Made by a program: the position numbers and the translations under genes. From contig JBFWJS010000002.1 in NCBI GenBank assembly GCA_050253075.1, positions 576,001 through 640,000 on the forward strand: a stretch of DNA of 64,000 nt, written 5' to 3'. The stretch's first letter is position 1; every line of letters begins with the position of its first letter. This DNA comes from Deferribacterales bacterium (GTDB lineage: Bacteria; Chrysiogenota; Deferribacteres; Deferribacterales; Geovibrionaceae). Positions 21,779 to 32,575 of the stretch are shown here, in pieces. Under the pieces are notes generated by a model, which did not search any database, was not told where the DNA came from, and was given only the letters and a program-made list of their open reading frames with translations.

Positions 21779-21810
21779 TTATATCTCCAAAATATGTTTA
21801 CTAAACAAAG

Positions 21811-21924
21811 GTCATTGCGAGCCTCAAGGAGGCGTGGCAATCTTCCAAGTTATAGGATTCCTAGCCAAATATTAATATTCAAAACGGTATCAGATTGCTT
21901 CGTCACTGCGCTCCTCGCAATGAC
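21811..21924. repeat. Palindromic intergenic repeat, GTCATTGCGAG...CTCGCAATGAC type
   Basis: Perfect 11 bp terminal inverted repeat plus inner GCAATC/GATTGC stem. Confidence 0.85.
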
Positions 21925-21929
21925 TTAAA

Positions 21930-23249
21930 TTAGAGGACGTATCTGCTGAGATCCCTGTCCTCTACAATATCCTTCAGATGGTCGTTCACATACTGCTCGT
22001 CCACCGTTACTTTATTGGTCTCAACATCGGGCGCTTCATATGATATCTCTTCAAGGAGCTTTTCCACGATGGTGTGCAGTCGCCTTGCGCCGATGTTTTC
22101 CAGCGAACGGTTAAGTTCGTCTGCCATCTCAGCTATGCGCTGTATCCCTTCGTCGGTGAATGATACTTCAACACCGTCCGCACCCAACAGTGCAGTATAC
22201 TGCCTTGTGAGTGAATTTTCCGGTTCTTTAAGTATACGGACGAATTCTTCGGCAGTGAGGCTGTCCAGCTCTACCCTGATAGGGAAACGTCCCTGAAGCT
22301 CAGGGATGAGGTCAGTAGGCTTCGCCATATGGAAGGCACCTGCCGCTATGAACAGTATATGATCCGTACGGATCATGCCGTATTTTGTATTAACGGTTGA
22401 GCCCTCGACGATAGGCAGAAGGTCACGCTGAACCCCCTCTCGGGAGATGTCGCCCCCCTTTGTACCCGTGGAATGGCTCACACATATCTTATCTATCTCA
22501 TCCAGAAAGATGATGCCGCTCTGCTCCACCCTTTCTGCTGCGATGTCTTTCACATCGTCCATATCTATGAGGCGGTTTGTCTCCTGCTGTTCCAGGATGG
22601 TAAGTGCCTCGGCGACTTTCATTTTACGTTTGCGTTTCTTAGCTGGGAAGATGTTCTTCATCATGTCGCCCAGCCCGGCGCCCATATCTTCCATCCCCAT
22701 GTTTGTAAACACTTCGACCTGCGGCGCAGCGTCCTCAACCTCAACCTCGACCATGCGCTCATTGAGCTCGCCGTTGATGAGTTTTGTCCTCAGCTTGTCC
22801 CTTGTGCCTGTCTCCTGCTCTGCAAAGCCTGTGGTCGAAGGGAGCAGAAGGTCGAGCACACGCTCGATGGTGTTCTCTTTCGCCTTGTCTATGACGCTTG
22901 ATTTCTTCTCTTCCTTGACCATGCCTACGGCTATCTCTACGAGGTCGCGAACCATGCTTTCGACATCACGTCCCACATAGCCCACTTCCGTGTATTTGCT
23001 GGCCTCGACTTTTATAAATGGTGATTTTGCGAGTTTTGCGAGGCGTCTTGCCACCTCGGTCTTACCCACGCCGGTGGGCCCGATAAGGATGATATTTTTA
23101 GGCGCTATTTCGTCCTGCAGATATTTAGGCAGCTGCAGTCTTCTGTATCTGTTTCTCATGGCGACAGCGACGGCCTTCTTGGCATTGTGCTGCCCTACCA
23201 CGTATTTATCTAATTCTTCTACGATTTTCTTGGGGGTATAGGATTCCAT
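21930..23249 (-). CDS. hslU: ATP-dependent protease ATPase subunit HslU
   Basis: [52 protein letters not shown]. Confidence 0.98.
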   Translation of the reverse strand: MESYTPKKIVEELDKYVVGQHNAKKAVAVAMRNRYRRLQLPKYLQDEIAPKNIILIGPTGVGKTEVARRLAKLAKSPFIKVEASKYTEVGYVGRDVESMVRDLVEIAVGMVKEEKKSSVIDKAKENTIERVLDLLLPSTTGFAEQETGTRDKLRTKLINGELNERMVEVEVEDAAPQVEVFTNMGMEDMGAGLGDMMKNIFPAKKRKRKMKVAEALTILEQQETNRLIDMDDVKDIAAERVEQSGIIFLDEIDKICVSHSTGTKGGDISREGVQRDLLPIVEGSTVNTKYGMIRTDHILFIAAGAFHMAKPTDLIPELQGRFPIRVELDSLTAEEFVRILKEPENSLTRQYTALLGADGVEVSFTDEGIQRIAEMADELNRSLENIGARRLHTIVEKLLEEISYEAPDVETNKVTVDEQYVNDHLKDIVEDRDLSRYVL

Positions 23250-23256
23250 CTGAGAT

Positions 23257-23802
23257 TTACATCTCCTCTACTATTATGTTGTCGTTAGTATATATGCAGA
23301 TATCCGCCGCAATAAGCAGCGCTTTTCTGACAATTTCAGCGGGTGAAAGTTCGGTATTTTGAATAAGTGCAATGGCAGAAGCCTGAGCAAAAGGTCCGCC
23401 TGAACCTATCGCCGCTACACCGTTCTGAGGCTCGACTACGTCACCGTTCCCGGTGAGGATATAAAGCTCTTTTTCATCGGCCACGATCATCATAGCCTCG
23501 AGAGCTCTGAGGTATTTATCCGTACGCCAATCCTTAGCCAGCTCAACAGCCGCACGCAGAAGCTGCCCGCCGTGCTGTTCCAGCTTTGCCTCGAAACGTT
23601 CCATCAGCGTAAATGCATCCGCAGTGGAACCTGCGAATCCGCAAATTACCTTATTATTATATACTTTACGCACCTTCTTTGCGTTATGCTTAAGCACCGT
23701 ATTACCGAAGGTGACCTGTCCGTCAGCACCGATTGCTGTTTTTCCGTCTTTTTTAACTGCGACTACAGTAGTTCCTTTCATCATATCCGGCATTTTTACC
23801 AC
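23257..23802 (-). CDS. hslV: ATP-dependent protease peptidase subunit HslV (true start probably 23793 or 23784)
   Basis: [35 protein letters not shown]. Confidence 0.97.
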   Translation of the reverse strand: MVKMPDMMKGTTVVAVKKDGKTAIGADGQVTFGNTVLKHNAKKVRKVYNNKVICGFAGSTADAFTLMERFEAKLEQHGGQLLRAAVELAKDWRTDKYLRALEAMMIVADEKELYILTGNGDVVEPQNGVAAIGSGGPFAQASAIALIQNTELSPAEIVRKALLIAADICIYTNDNIIVEEM

Positions 23803-23938
23803 TCAAACAGACATAGGTGCAAGACAAAAATGTGTGAACCGTCAATATATCCATATATACCATTTCTATTTGCATCGTTTTGAAATATAGGATATTCTGA
23901 AAAGCTGTACTTAAAAAGCTCGGGCGGTTTTGGGGTAG

Positions 23939-24562
23939 ATGAAAAGTCTTTTTATAAGATTAGTTCTTAGGTTATACATTTCGACATTCCGCTACAACCT
24001 CGTAGTGGATGAAGAAGTGAACAGGCTTGCCTCCGAAGGCAAAAGGCTTGTCTTCTTCATATGGCATAATCAGCTTGCCCTCACACTCGCCAAAAGCGGT
24101 GCTTTCAAATTTGTCACTATGGTTTCACGCAGCAAAGACGGCGATCTGGTCGCACCTCTCATAGAGAGCTTCGGTCACAAGGTCGTCAGGGCATCATCGT
24201 CAAAAGGCGCCAGCGCAGGCGTTATGGAGATGCTGGGGCATATGGGCGGCGGATTCCACGGAGCAATGGCAGCAGACGGACCGAAAGGCCCCGTCTATGA
24301 AGCAAAGCCGGGGGCTCTGTATCTGGCGAAAAAGGCAGACAGCATCCTTGTCCCCGTACTGGGAAACTGTAAAAGCTTCTTCCGCTTCAACAGCTGGGAC
24401 AAGTTCATAATGCCGAAGCCGTTTGCAAAGATAGACCTGCACGTTTTCGCCCCGATAATGCTCAGTGACTCGATGGAAAAAGACGACGTAGAGAAAGAAC
24501 TTAAAGACGTACAAAATAAGATCATGGAAATGACACGTGTTTATTCTAAAGACATTATATAA
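23939..24562 (+). CDS. DUF374 / lysophospholipid acyltransferase family protein
   Basis: WHNQL, SRSKDGD, DGPKGP, SWDKFIMPKPF. Confidence 0.85.
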   Translation: MKSLFIRLVLRLYISTFRYNLVVDEEVNRLASEGKRLVFFIWHNQLALTLAKSGAFKFVTMVSRSKDGDLVAPLIESFGHKVVRASSSKGASAGVMEMLGHMGGGFHGAMAADGPKGPVYEAKPGALYLAKKADSILVPVLGNCKSFFRFNSWDKFIMPKPFAKIDLHVFAPIMLSDSMEKDDVEKELKDVQNKIMEMTRVYSKDII

Positions 24563-25760
24563 CCTCGCAATAGCCGCCATTGTGCCTGTTGCCGTGCCTG
24601 TGGGATACATAGTAGCTCTCAAGCGCAAAGAGGACGAAGACTACTTTCAGCGTTTCGGCATGATAAACCTGCCTGAACCGACGGAAAAGAGCATCTGGTT
24701 CCACTGTGCCAGCGTGGGAGAGGTGCGCAGTCTTAAATCTGCACTGGAATACATCCGTGCGGAATTCCCCGACATAGACGTAATAATCAGCACAACCACA
24801 GCCACAGGTAAAAAGATGGCGAACGCAGAGCTTGAGCCCTATTTCGCTTTCCTTCTTCCTTTGGAAAACTCTATGGCGATAGAACACATCATAGAATACA
24901 TGAGCGTCAAAGCCGTTTTCATCGTGGATACGGAGCTATGGCCGAATATGATCCGCATAGCATCAAAACGCTCAAAGCTGTATCTGCTGAACGGCAGGAT
25001 ATCCGATAAAACATTCGAAAACTATAAGCGTTTCAGCTTCCTGTTCAAAAGACTCCTCGGTAAATTCGAGATAATATTCACTAAAAGCGACGAAGACACA
25101 GAGAAATTCGCCTCAATCAAGGGTGACAAAAACAATATCGTCACAATGGGTAATATAAAGTTTCAGTCCCGAGCGGAAAAGATCGACAGCGGCATCTTCA
25201 ACTTTATAAGAAACCACCGCATCTTCGCCGCTGCCAGCACCCACGCACAGGAAGAAGAAACTATAATAAAAGCATTCATAAAGCAGAACAGATGCGACCG
25301 CATGGTTCTCGCCCCCAGACACATAAACCGTGCTCAGGAAGCAGTGAAGATGTGCAGAGAGCTCGGGCTCACAGCCAGCCTGCTGGCAGAGCGTGACGGC
25401 GCAACGGATGTCGTCGTCATAGACAGGTTCGGCACACTGGAGGAGCTTTTCATCTTTTCCGAAAAGGTCTTCGTGGGCGGTTCATTAAATGACACTGGCG
25501 GGCACAACATCTTCGAGGCTCTCCAGTTTGAAAAGATCACCTGCACCGGACCAAACATGAAGAACTTTCAGGAGATATCCGAACTCGCAGATAAATTCGG
25601 CGTAAGAGCCGTAGCAGAAAACGAAGACGAGCTGGCGGAATTCCTCGATAAAGACTGTAAAAAAGCAGACTTCGACGGATTCTTCGAAGCTCTCGACTCC
25701 GACAGAGCAAACAAGCTGGAATACATCAAAGAGGTACTCTCGGGTGTATCTGATAATTAG
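24537..25760 (+). CDS. waaA: 3-deoxy-D-manno-octulosonic acid (Kdo) transferase
   Basis: IWFHCASVGE, TELWPN, NGRISD, ASTH, APRH, GGHN. Confidence 0.94.
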   Translation: MFILKTLYNLAIAAIVPVAVPVGYIVALKRKEDEDYFQRFGMINLPEPTEKSIWFHCASVGEVRSLKSALEYIRAEFPDIDVIISTTTATGKKMANAELEPYFAFLLPLENSMAIEHIIEYMSVKAVFIVDTELWPNMIRIASKRSKLYLLNGRISDKTFENYKRFSFLFKRLLGKFEIIFTKSDEDTEKFASIKGDKNNIVTMGNIKFQSRAEKIDSGIFNFIRNHRIFAAASTHAQEEETIIKAFIKQNRCDRMVLAPRHINRAQEAVKMCRELGLTASLLAERDGATDVVVIDRFGTLEELFIFSEKVFVGGSLNDTGGHNIFEALQFEKITCTGPNMKNFQEISELADKFGVRAVAENEDELAEFLDKDCKKADFDGFFEALDSDRANKLEYIKEVLSGVSDN

Positions 25761-26622
25761 AGCGGCATACGCCGTTTTCAGCCGACTCCCACTGCGAACT
25801 CTCCACACCATAGGAAACATCACAGGCGGCATCATGTATCATCTGCTGAAAGGCAGGCGTGCCGTAGCCGAAAAAAACTGTGAGATAATAGGCATCCCAT
25901 CAGCCAACATAGAGAAGACCGTCAAAAGCTCATTCAGACAAACATTCTGCTCATACCTTGAATCATTTTACGTAAAAAACATCGACCGGAAATTCTTAGA
26001 TGAAAATGTAGACGTGGTATACATGGGCGAACGCCCCGATACAAATGCATGCTTTATGGTCTCTGCCCATTTCGGCGCATGGGAGCTTTCCCCATACATA
26101 ATGACAAAGAAACTAGGGCTGAAAGGTGCGGCAGTAGCCAGAAAGATAAAAGACCCAAAAGTAGACAAATTCATACTCAGCCAGAGGGTAAACTCTGACG
26201 TGGCATATATACACCACAGGAACGCTACGGACACCATAAGGGAATATATGGACAGGGGCGAGGCTGTCGGCGTACTCCTCGACCACAGCTCTATGCCGAA
26301 GGACAGCATGACCGTCCCATTCTTCGGGCTGGAGACCACCTTTATAAAGGGCATCCCGCTGCTCTCCGTACGCAGGGACTACCCTATCCTCCCCGCATTT
26401 ATCCTGAGAGAGAACGGTAAGTATAAGCTGATAACTTATCCACTGATATACCCTGATAAATCCTTAAAACCTAAAGAGAGAGCGTACGATATCGCCCTTA
26501 AAATAAATCGTTTATACGAAGAGATGATAAGACAATACCCTGATCAGTGGTACTTGATACACAAGAGATTTAAACGTGTCGCAGACGAAAACGGAAAGCT
26601 CAGGAAAGGAATCTATTCATAA
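25744..26622 (+). CDS. Lipid A late acyltransferase (LpxL/HtrB family)
   Basis: SAHFGAWEL, VPFFG, YPDQWYLIHKRFK; follows waaA. Confidence 0.88.
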   Translation: MYLIIRAAYAVFSRLPLRTLHTIGNITGGIMYHLLKGRRAVAEKNCEIIGIPSANIEKTVKSSFRQTFCSYLESFYVKNIDRKFLDENVDVVYMGERPDTNACFMVSAHFGAWELSPYIMTKKLGLKGAAVARKIKDPKVDKFILSQRVNSDVAYIHHRNATDTIREYMDRGEAVGVLLDHSSMPKDSMTVPFFGLETTFIKGIPLLSVRRDYPILPAFILRENGKYKLITYPLIYPDKSLKPKERAYDIALKINRLYEEMIRQYPDQWYLIHKRFKRVADENGKLRKGIYS

Positions 26623-27343
26623 GAGCCCCAAGTATAAACTGAACGAGCTTATACCCAGCCACAAAGACCAGAAGAGCAAATATGCCGAGTATCACACCGA
26701 AATATATGAAGCTGTCCGGCGCTTTCAGCACCGTGCTCATCAGTGAATCCTGATAATAGAAAAACCACTTATGCCCCTCTGGGAAGACCATTCGGTGCAG
26801 AGCGTAAAATATCGACACAAAGCCGAACTTGCTCACTGCCAGCCATAAAGCACCGCCCAGCAGAGCACCGCTCCACGCCAGAGCAGTCAGACCATACGGC
26901 CTGTAACGCCCGTATATCATAATACCGACGACAGAAAGCAGCATTATAAGCATCAGCCTCCAGAAAGACCTGAGCAGACTTATCAGATCCGCCACGTCCT
27001 GCAGGTGAACCACTTCGTCCGGTGTCAGCAGTGCTTTTTTGCCGTTTCGACCTGCGGGGTATGTTATCTCTGCGAGACCTTCGCCGTCATTTTCAACAGA
27101 TTTCAGCATTTCAGAGAACATCTTCATATGTGTTCCGCTGCCGACAAATGCGAAGTCAGCCTTGCCCATTCTGTTCTGCGGGGCGAATTTCAGCACGTGT
27201 CCGTGTATGTCTGTCATCTGGTAAATAACAGGGAAGAAGAAGTAGTTAGAGTAAGAGATGTACCAGCCAGCAAAAAGAGCATAGTACACGAGCGTAGCAA
27301 TAAGGAGGAGATTCAGCAGAAACCTATTCGTCGTTCTCATCAT
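26600..27343 (-). CDS. DUF1461 / Lit-like integral membrane protein
   Basis: EVVHLQDVADL and FYALHRMVFPEGHKWFFYYQDSLM motifs, 4 TM segments. Confidence 0.7.
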   Translation of the reverse strand: MMRTTNRFLLNLLLIATLVYYALFAGWYISYSNYFFFPVIYQMTDIHGHVLKFAPQNRMGKADFAFVGSGTHMKMFSEMLKSVENDGEGLAEITYPAGRNGKKALLTPDEVVHLQDVADLISLLRSFWRLMLIMLLSVVGIMIYGRYRPYGLTALAWSGALLGGALWLAVSKFGFVSIFYALHRMVFPEGHKWFFYYQDSLMSTVLKAPDSFIYFGVILGIFALLVFVAGYKLVQFILGALMNRFLS

Positions 27344-27512
27344 TATTAGTCTTATCTACATCCTTATCTTTTTTAGCATAATACACCAAAAAGGCTATAA
27401 AACCGGCAAGTGCGAGCAGCACCAGAACCTTCTGGATATTCATCCCCGAAGAACTGAAATGCTCATGCGCTGCGGTCAGCCTGTCGGCGGGGGTAACAGT
27501 TAAAAAATCCAT
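27324..27512 (-). CDS. Small membrane protein, 62 aa, unknown function
   Basis: Single TM plus charged tail, GAGGG RBS, overlaps the start of the DUF1461 gene. Confidence 0.6.
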   Translation of the reverse strand: MDFLTVTPADRLTAAHEHFSSSGMNIQKVLVLLALAGFIAFLVYYAKKDKDVDKTNNDENDE

Positions 27513-27666
27513 ATCAAGCCCTCTTATAAAAAGTTTATAACAAAAAGATATATTTTTAAAGCCCCACTATTGTTTTTTCTATGAAATATGATTCGGATGG
27601 GCTAGAAAAACCTTGAACTAATATGTGGAATATGCTTTTAATATTAATTTCACAGCTTCAGGGTAT

Positions 27667-27749
27667 TGTCATCCTGAGCACCTGCGAAGGATCTGTGTAA
27701 TGAGCCGTATTTCGCTTTTTCCGGATTCTTCACTCCGTTCAGAATGACA
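27667..27749. repeat. Palindromic intergenic repeat
   Basis: TGTCATCCTGAG...GAAGGATC...GATTCTTC...TTCAGAATGACA. Confidence 0.8.
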
Positions 27750-27789
27750 GCCTATATACAGGAGCTGGCAATAAACATATAGGTGGTAT

Positions 27790-28959
27790 ATGTCCGCGAT
27801 CTTTAAAAATTATTCGCGCTACCCGCTCACTTTTGTAAAGGGTGAAGGGTGCAGACTCACTGATGACAAAGGCGATACTTACATCGACTTTGGAAGCGGC
27901 ATATCTGTTGTTAACCTCGGCCACTCGTTCACACCCGTGACAGAGGCAATTTGCAAACAGGCAGGCACGCTTATCCACACATCCAATTTGTACAATCTCC
28001 CTGTACAGGAGCGACTTGCGGATAAACTGAGCCGACGATCCTTTGGCGGAGACGTATTCTTCTGCAACTCCGGTATGGAGGCAAACGAGGCAGCCCTTAA
28101 ACTGGCACGTATATACGGCAACACCCACTACGAAGGCAAAAGGCTGAGAGTGATAACGCTGGAAAACTCTTTCCACGGACGCTCATACATGACACTCTCT
28201 GCCACAGGGCAGGAAAAGGTTAAAAAAGGATTCGAGCCGGTGGCCGACTTCTTTAACCATATCCCAGTGAACGACTTCTCAGCTTTTAAAGCGGAAGCGG
28301 ACAAGGGCGATGTGGTGGCTTTCATGCTGGAGCTCGTACAGGGCGAAGGCGGACTTGAAGCCGTTAATGCCGAATATCTGAAAGAGTGCGCCGATTACTG
28401 CAAGGAAAAAGGCATCCTGCTCATCTTCGATGAAATACAGACAGCCTTTTGCAGGACAGGAACATTCTTCGCATATGAGCAGTACGGCATAGAGCCTGAT
28501 GTGATCACATTGGCGAAGGGTATAGCGAACGGCGTCCCTATGGGCGCAATGATAGCAAAGCCCGAAGTGGCAAAATTTCTCGCACCGGGCACACACGGCA
28601 CGACATTCGGCGGAAACATGCTCGCATGCGCCGCAGCGGATGCTGTGTTTGAAACGATGAATGCAGACGGCTTCCTCGAAAGCGTTGCCGACAAGGGCGC
28701 ATACATGCGTGAGGCTCTGGAGAACATCTTCGAAGGCTCTGACGTCACAGTCAGGGGCATCGGCATGATGCTCGGGGTGAAAGTACCGGGCAAGCAGAAG
28801 GAATTCATCGCTAAAGCTATGGAAAATAAGATTTTGTTCGTTCCCGCAGGGAATGACGTGGTGCGTATATACGCTCCTCTTAATATATCTCAGGAAGACC
28901 TCGACACGGGGCTCGAACTGATAAGCAAAACCGCCTCAGACCTGGGGCTGGGAGGCTGA
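27790..28959 (+). CDS. argD: Acetylornithine aminotransferase
   Basis: FFCNSGMEANEAA, SFHGRS, DEIQT, AKG, HGTTFGGN; next to argF. Confidence 0.93.
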   Translation: MSAIFKNYSRYPLTFVKGEGCRLTDDKGDTYIDFGSGISVVNLGHSFTPVTEAICKQAGTLIHTSNLYNLPVQERLADKLSRRSFGGDVFFCNSGMEANEAALKLARIYGNTHYEGKRLRVITLENSFHGRSYMTLSATGQEKVKKGFEPVADFFNHIPVNDFSAFKAEADKGDVVAFMLELVQGEGGLEAVNAEYLKECADYCKEKGILLIFDEIQTAFCRTGTFFAYEQYGIEPDVITLAKGIANGVPMGAMIAKPEVAKFLAPGTHGTTFGGNMLACAAADAVFETMNADGFLESVADKGAYMREALENIFEGSDVTVRGIGMMLGVKVPGKQKEFIAKAMENKILFVPAGNDVVRIYAPLNISQEDLDTGLELISKTASDLGLGG

Positions 28960-28960
28960 T

Positions 28961-29881
28961 ATGAAGAGAGATTTTCTCACACTGAAGGACTTCAGCTCCG
29001 ACGAGCTGAAAGATATGATACAGACAGCCATCAGGCTGAAAGCCGAGAATAAGAATGGTATAACACACCATCATCTCGCAGGTAAAAAGCTCGCTATGAT
29101 CTTCGAAAAACCGTCCACAAGGACACGTGTTTCCTTCGAGGTCGGCTTTTACGAGCTGGGCGGACACCCGCTCTACCTCAGCAGCAACGACATACAGCTA
29201 GGCAGAGGCGAAACAGTGAAAGACACTGCACGCACACTCTCCAGATTTGTCGACGGCATCATGATACGTACAAAGGGTCATGATATAATAGAAGAGCTTG
29301 CAGAGTATGCCACAGTGCCCGTCATCAACGGTCTCACAGACGACTTCCACCCTTGTCAGGTAATGGCAGACGTTCAGACCATATACGAGCACCTCGGCAC
29401 ATACGATGTGAAAGTAGCCTTCATCGGCGACGGAAACAACATGGCGCAGAGCTGGCTTTACGGTGCGGCTAAATTCGGCATGGATATATCCGTAGCATCT
29501 CCGGAGGGTTACGAATGCAAACCTCATGTGGTTAAATCCGCAGTAGAGGCAGCTAAGAGCACAGGTTCAAAAATAGAGCTCGTGCGTGACCCATATGAAG
29601 CTGTCAGAGGTGCAGATATCATCTATACTGATGTATGGGCCAGCATGGGACAGGAAGCAGAAAAGGAAGCACGCAAGAAGATATTCGCAGGCTATCAGGT
29701 CAATGCCGACCTCATGGCTGCCACAGGCAAGAAGACGCTCTTCATGCACTGCCTCCCTGCATACATGGGGCTAGAGGTCACAGAGGACGTTTACGAATCT
29801 GAGGCTTCCATCGTCTGGGACGAAGCAGAGAACAGGCTGCACGCTCAGAAAGCTATCATGCTCGCCGTATTCGGCAAGTAA
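28961..29881 (+). CDS. argF: Ornithine carbamoyltransferase
   Basis: STRTR, HPCQ, DVWASMG, HCLP, AENRLH. Confidence 0.97.
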   Translation: MKRDFLTLKDFSSDELKDMIQTAIRLKAENKNGITHHHLAGKKLAMIFEKPSTRTRVSFEVGFYELGGHPLYLSSNDIQLGRGETVKDTARTLSRFVDGIMIRTKGHDIIEELAEYATVPVINGLTDDFHPCQVMADVQTIYEHLGTYDVKVAFIGDGNNMAQSWLYGAAKFGMDISVASPEGYECKPHVVKSAVEAAKSTGSKIELVRDPYEAVRGADIIYTDVWASMGQEAEKEARKKIFAGYQVNADLMAATGKKTLFMHCLPAYMGLEVTEDVYESEASIVWDEAENRLHAQKAIMLAVFGK

Positions 29882-29890
29882 GCGTTTAAG

Positions 29891-29976
29891 GTCATTGCGA
29901 GCAAAGCGAAGCAATCTTCCAAGTACATTAACGTAAAAGTATTGGAAGATCACTTCGACTAAAGCCCCGTGATGAC
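29891..29976. repeat. Palindromic intergenic repeat
   Basis: GTCATTGCGAG...GAAGCAATCTTCCAA...TTGGAAGATCACTTC...GTGATGAC. Confidence 0.8.
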
Positions 29977-30020
29977 GCATATGGATAATATAAATATATA
30001 ATTCTCACAAGGAGATAAAA

Positions 30021-31232
30021 ATGGCAAAAGACAAAGTGGTTCTCGCCTATTCAGGCGGTCTGGACACATCAGTTATCCTGAAATGGCTCCAGCTTAAAGG
30101 TTATGACGTTGTAGCATACGTGGCAGACCTCGGTCAGCTTCCGGATGTTGAAGCTATCCGTGAGAAAGCAATGAAGTCCGGCGCAGTAGATTTCTACGCT
30201 CTCGACCTTCAGGAAGAATTTGTCAAAGATTTCGTGTACCCTGCGGTTAAGTTTAACGCCCTTTACGAAGGACGCTACTACCTCGGTACTTCTCTGGCAC
30301 GTCCTATCATCACAAAAGGTATGGTGGACGTAGCTAATAAAACAGGTGCGAAATTCCTCGCACACGGCGCAACAGGCAAAGGTAACGACCAGGTTCGCTT
30401 CGAGCTTTCCGCTGCCAGCCTGAACCCTAAACTTAAAACTATCGTCCCATGGCGTATCCCTGAGTTCTTTAACAAGATCAAAGGACGTAAGGAAGCTATG
30501 GAATTTGCAGAAGAGCACGGCATCCCCGTTAAAGCTACTGTAAGCCAGCCGTGGAGCTCTGATGACAACCTGCTCCACATCAGCTTTGAAGCAGGTATCC
30601 TCGAAGACCCTGCTATGCGCCCTCCAAAGGAAATGTTCGAATACACAACAGACCCTAAGGACGCACCAAACGAAGCAGAGATCATCGAGCTCGAATTTGC
30701 TCAGGGCGAGGCTGTTAAGCTCAACGGCGAAAAACTCTCTCCTGCAGAAATGCTGAAAGCACTTAACAAAATAGGCGGAAAGCACGGTATCGGACGTGTG
30801 GACATGGTAGAGAGCAGATACGTGGGTATGAAATCACGCGGTGTTTACGAGACGCCAGGCGGAACAATACTTTACGCTGCACACAGAGACCTCGAAGCAC
30901 TCACTCTCGACGGCGGTACTATCAACCTGAAAGAGACACTGATGCCTCGCTTCGCTACACTGGTATACAACGGATACTGGTACTGTCCTGAGATGGATGC
31001 TATGATGGCACTCCTTAATAAGACTCAGGAATTCGTTTCAGGTAAAGTTAAACTTGAGCTCTACAAAGGAAACATCACATGTATCGGACGTGAGTCTGAA
31101 TACTCACTCTACGACATGAAAGTGGTTTCCATGGAAGATGATGAGGGAGCTTACGATCAGACAGACGCAGCAGGATTTATCAAACTGCACGCTCTGCCTC
31201 TGAAAGCTCACGCTCACCGCGCGAAGAAATAG
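30021..31232 (+). CDS. argG: Argininosuccinate synthase
   Basis: LAYSGGLDTS, HGATGKGNDQVRFE, KSRGVYETPGG. Confidence 0.98.
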   Translation: MAKDKVVLAYSGGLDTSVILKWLQLKGYDVVAYVADLGQLPDVEAIREKAMKSGAVDFYALDLQEEFVKDFVYPAVKFNALYEGRYYLGTSLARPIITKGMVDVANKTGAKFLAHGATGKGNDQVRFELSAASLNPKLKTIVPWRIPEFFNKIKGRKEAMEFAEEHGIPVKATVSQPWSSDDNLLHISFEAGILEDPAMRPPKEMFEYTTDPKDAPNEAEIIELEFAQGEAVKLNGEKLSPAEMLKALNKIGGKHGIGRVDMVESRYVGMKSRGVYETPGGTILYAAHRDLEALTLDGGTINLKETLMPRFATLVYNGYWYCPEMDAMMALLNKTQEFVSGKVKLELYKGNITCIGRESEYSLYDMKVVSMEDDEGAYDQTDAAGFIKLHALPLKAHAHRAKK

Positions 31233-31319
31233 CACTTCAGGCGGAGCACTATACTGTGACCGTAAGCAGAGAGCCGTATTTTACGCTCCCGCCGGTCGCT
31301 TACTAATGACTATATTTGC

Positions 31320-31381
31320 GTCATTCTGAGGAAGCATTACGAAGAATCTGAACACAGATCCTTCGCTAAGCTCTGGATGAC
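31320..31381. repeat. Palindromic intergenic repeat
   Basis: GTCATTCTGAG...CGAAGAATCTG-AACA-CAGATCCTTCG...CTCTGGATGAC. Confidence 0.8.
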
Positions 31382-31401
31382 AATAACAGGAGTTTTGATA
31401 C

Positions 31402-32274
31402 ATGTATTTTCAGGATGTGATACTGAATCTTCAGAAATTCTGGGCTGAGAGAGGTTGTATAATCTATCAGCCTTACGACATAGAAGTCGGTGCGGGTACA
31501 TTCAATCCTGCGACATTCCTTAAGTGCCTCGGTCCCGAGCCGTGGAACGTTGCTTATGTTGAGCCTAGCCGCCGCCCCACAGACGGACGCTACGGCGAAA
31601 ACCCTAACAGACTTCAGCACTACTACCAGTTTCAGGTTATCCTGAAGCCTTCACCGGACAACATTCAGGAGCTCTACCTTGAGTCTCTGAAAACACTCGG
31701 AGTAGACCCGAAAGACCACGACATCAGATTTGTCGAGGACGACTGGGAATCACCTACACTCGGTGCTTGGGGTCTCGGATGGGAAGTATGGCTGGACGGT
31801 ATGGAGATCACTCAGTTCACATATTTTCAGCAGGCGGGCGGTATCGACCTGAAACCTGTTTCAGGCGAGATAACATACGGTCTGGAGCGTATCACTATGT
31901 ACCTTCAGGGTGTCGAGTCCGTTTACGACCTTAAGTGGAACAAAAACGTGACATACGGCGATGTTTACCACGCTAATGAGGTTCAGTACTCTGCACACAA
32001 CTTCGAGCACGCTGATGTTGACATGCTCTTCAAGCTGTTCGAAATGTATGAAAAAGAGTGCATCAGCATAAACGGAAAAGGGCTCCCCCTCCCCGCTTAT
32101 GACTACTGTCTGAAATGCAGCCACACGTTCAACCTGCTCGACGCACGTAACGCTATATCCGTTACAGAGCGTACGGGCTACATCGCTCGTGTGCGTAACC
32201 TCGCAAAGATGTGCGCTGAAAACTATCTGAAACACAGAGAAGAACTCGGCTTCCCACTACTTAAAGATAAATAA
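31402..32274 (+). CDS. glyQ: Glycine--tRNA ligase alpha subunit
   Basis: [42 protein letters not shown]. Confidence 0.98.
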   Translation: MYFQDVILNLQKFWAERGCIIYQPYDIEVGAGTFNPATFLKCLGPEPWNVAYVEPSRRPTDGRYGENPNRLQHYYQFQVILKPSPDNIQELYLESLKTLGVDPKDHDIRFVEDDWESPTLGAWGLGWEVWLDGMEITQFTYFQQAGGIDLKPVSGEITYGLERITMYLQGVESVYDLKWNKNVTYGDVYHANEVQYSAHNFEHADVDMLFKLFEMYEKECISINGKGLPLPAYDYCLKCSHTFNLLDARNAISVTERTGYIARVRNLAKMCAENYLKHREELGFPLLKDK

Positions 32275-32275
32275 A

Positions 32276-32333
32276 TGTCACTGCGAGGAAGCTCACAGAG
32301 CTGACGCGGCAGTCCTAGCCCCCGAGCATGACA
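32276..32333. repeat. Degenerate, shortened palindromic repeat
   Basis: TGTCACTGCGAGGAAG...GCATGACA. Confidence 0.6.
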
Positions 32334-32348
32334 GATAGCACTAATAAT

Positions 32349-32375
32349 AAAAAGCCCCTCAACTGAGGGGCTTTT
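32349..32375. terminator. Intrinsic terminator after glyQ (potentially bidirectional)
   Basis: AAAAAGCCCCTCA-AC-TGAGGGGCTTTT. Confidence 0.85.
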
Positions 32376-32401
32376 CTGTTTCTATACTATCTTTATTAAT
32401 A

Positions 32402-32534
32402 GTCATTCTGAGCCTGTACACAGGCGTAAGAATCTAAAGCTATTGCTTATCAAACTCTAAAGCCACAGTGACTTTAAGATCTCAATTATCAAAAGGTATC
32501 AGACTCTCACGTCGCTAACGCTCCTCAGAGTGAC
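32402..32534. repeat. Palindromic intergenic repeat
   Basis: GTCATTCTGAG...AGAATCT...AGACTCT...CTCAGAGTGAC. Confidence 0.8.
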
Positions 32535-32575
32535 GGTTATTCGATTGGGGAGCTTTTCTGTTTCTATACTATCTT

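Noticed and set aside
27575..27660. ARG boxes upstream of argD
   Set aside because: Only one weak match in AT-rich DNA and no tandem box
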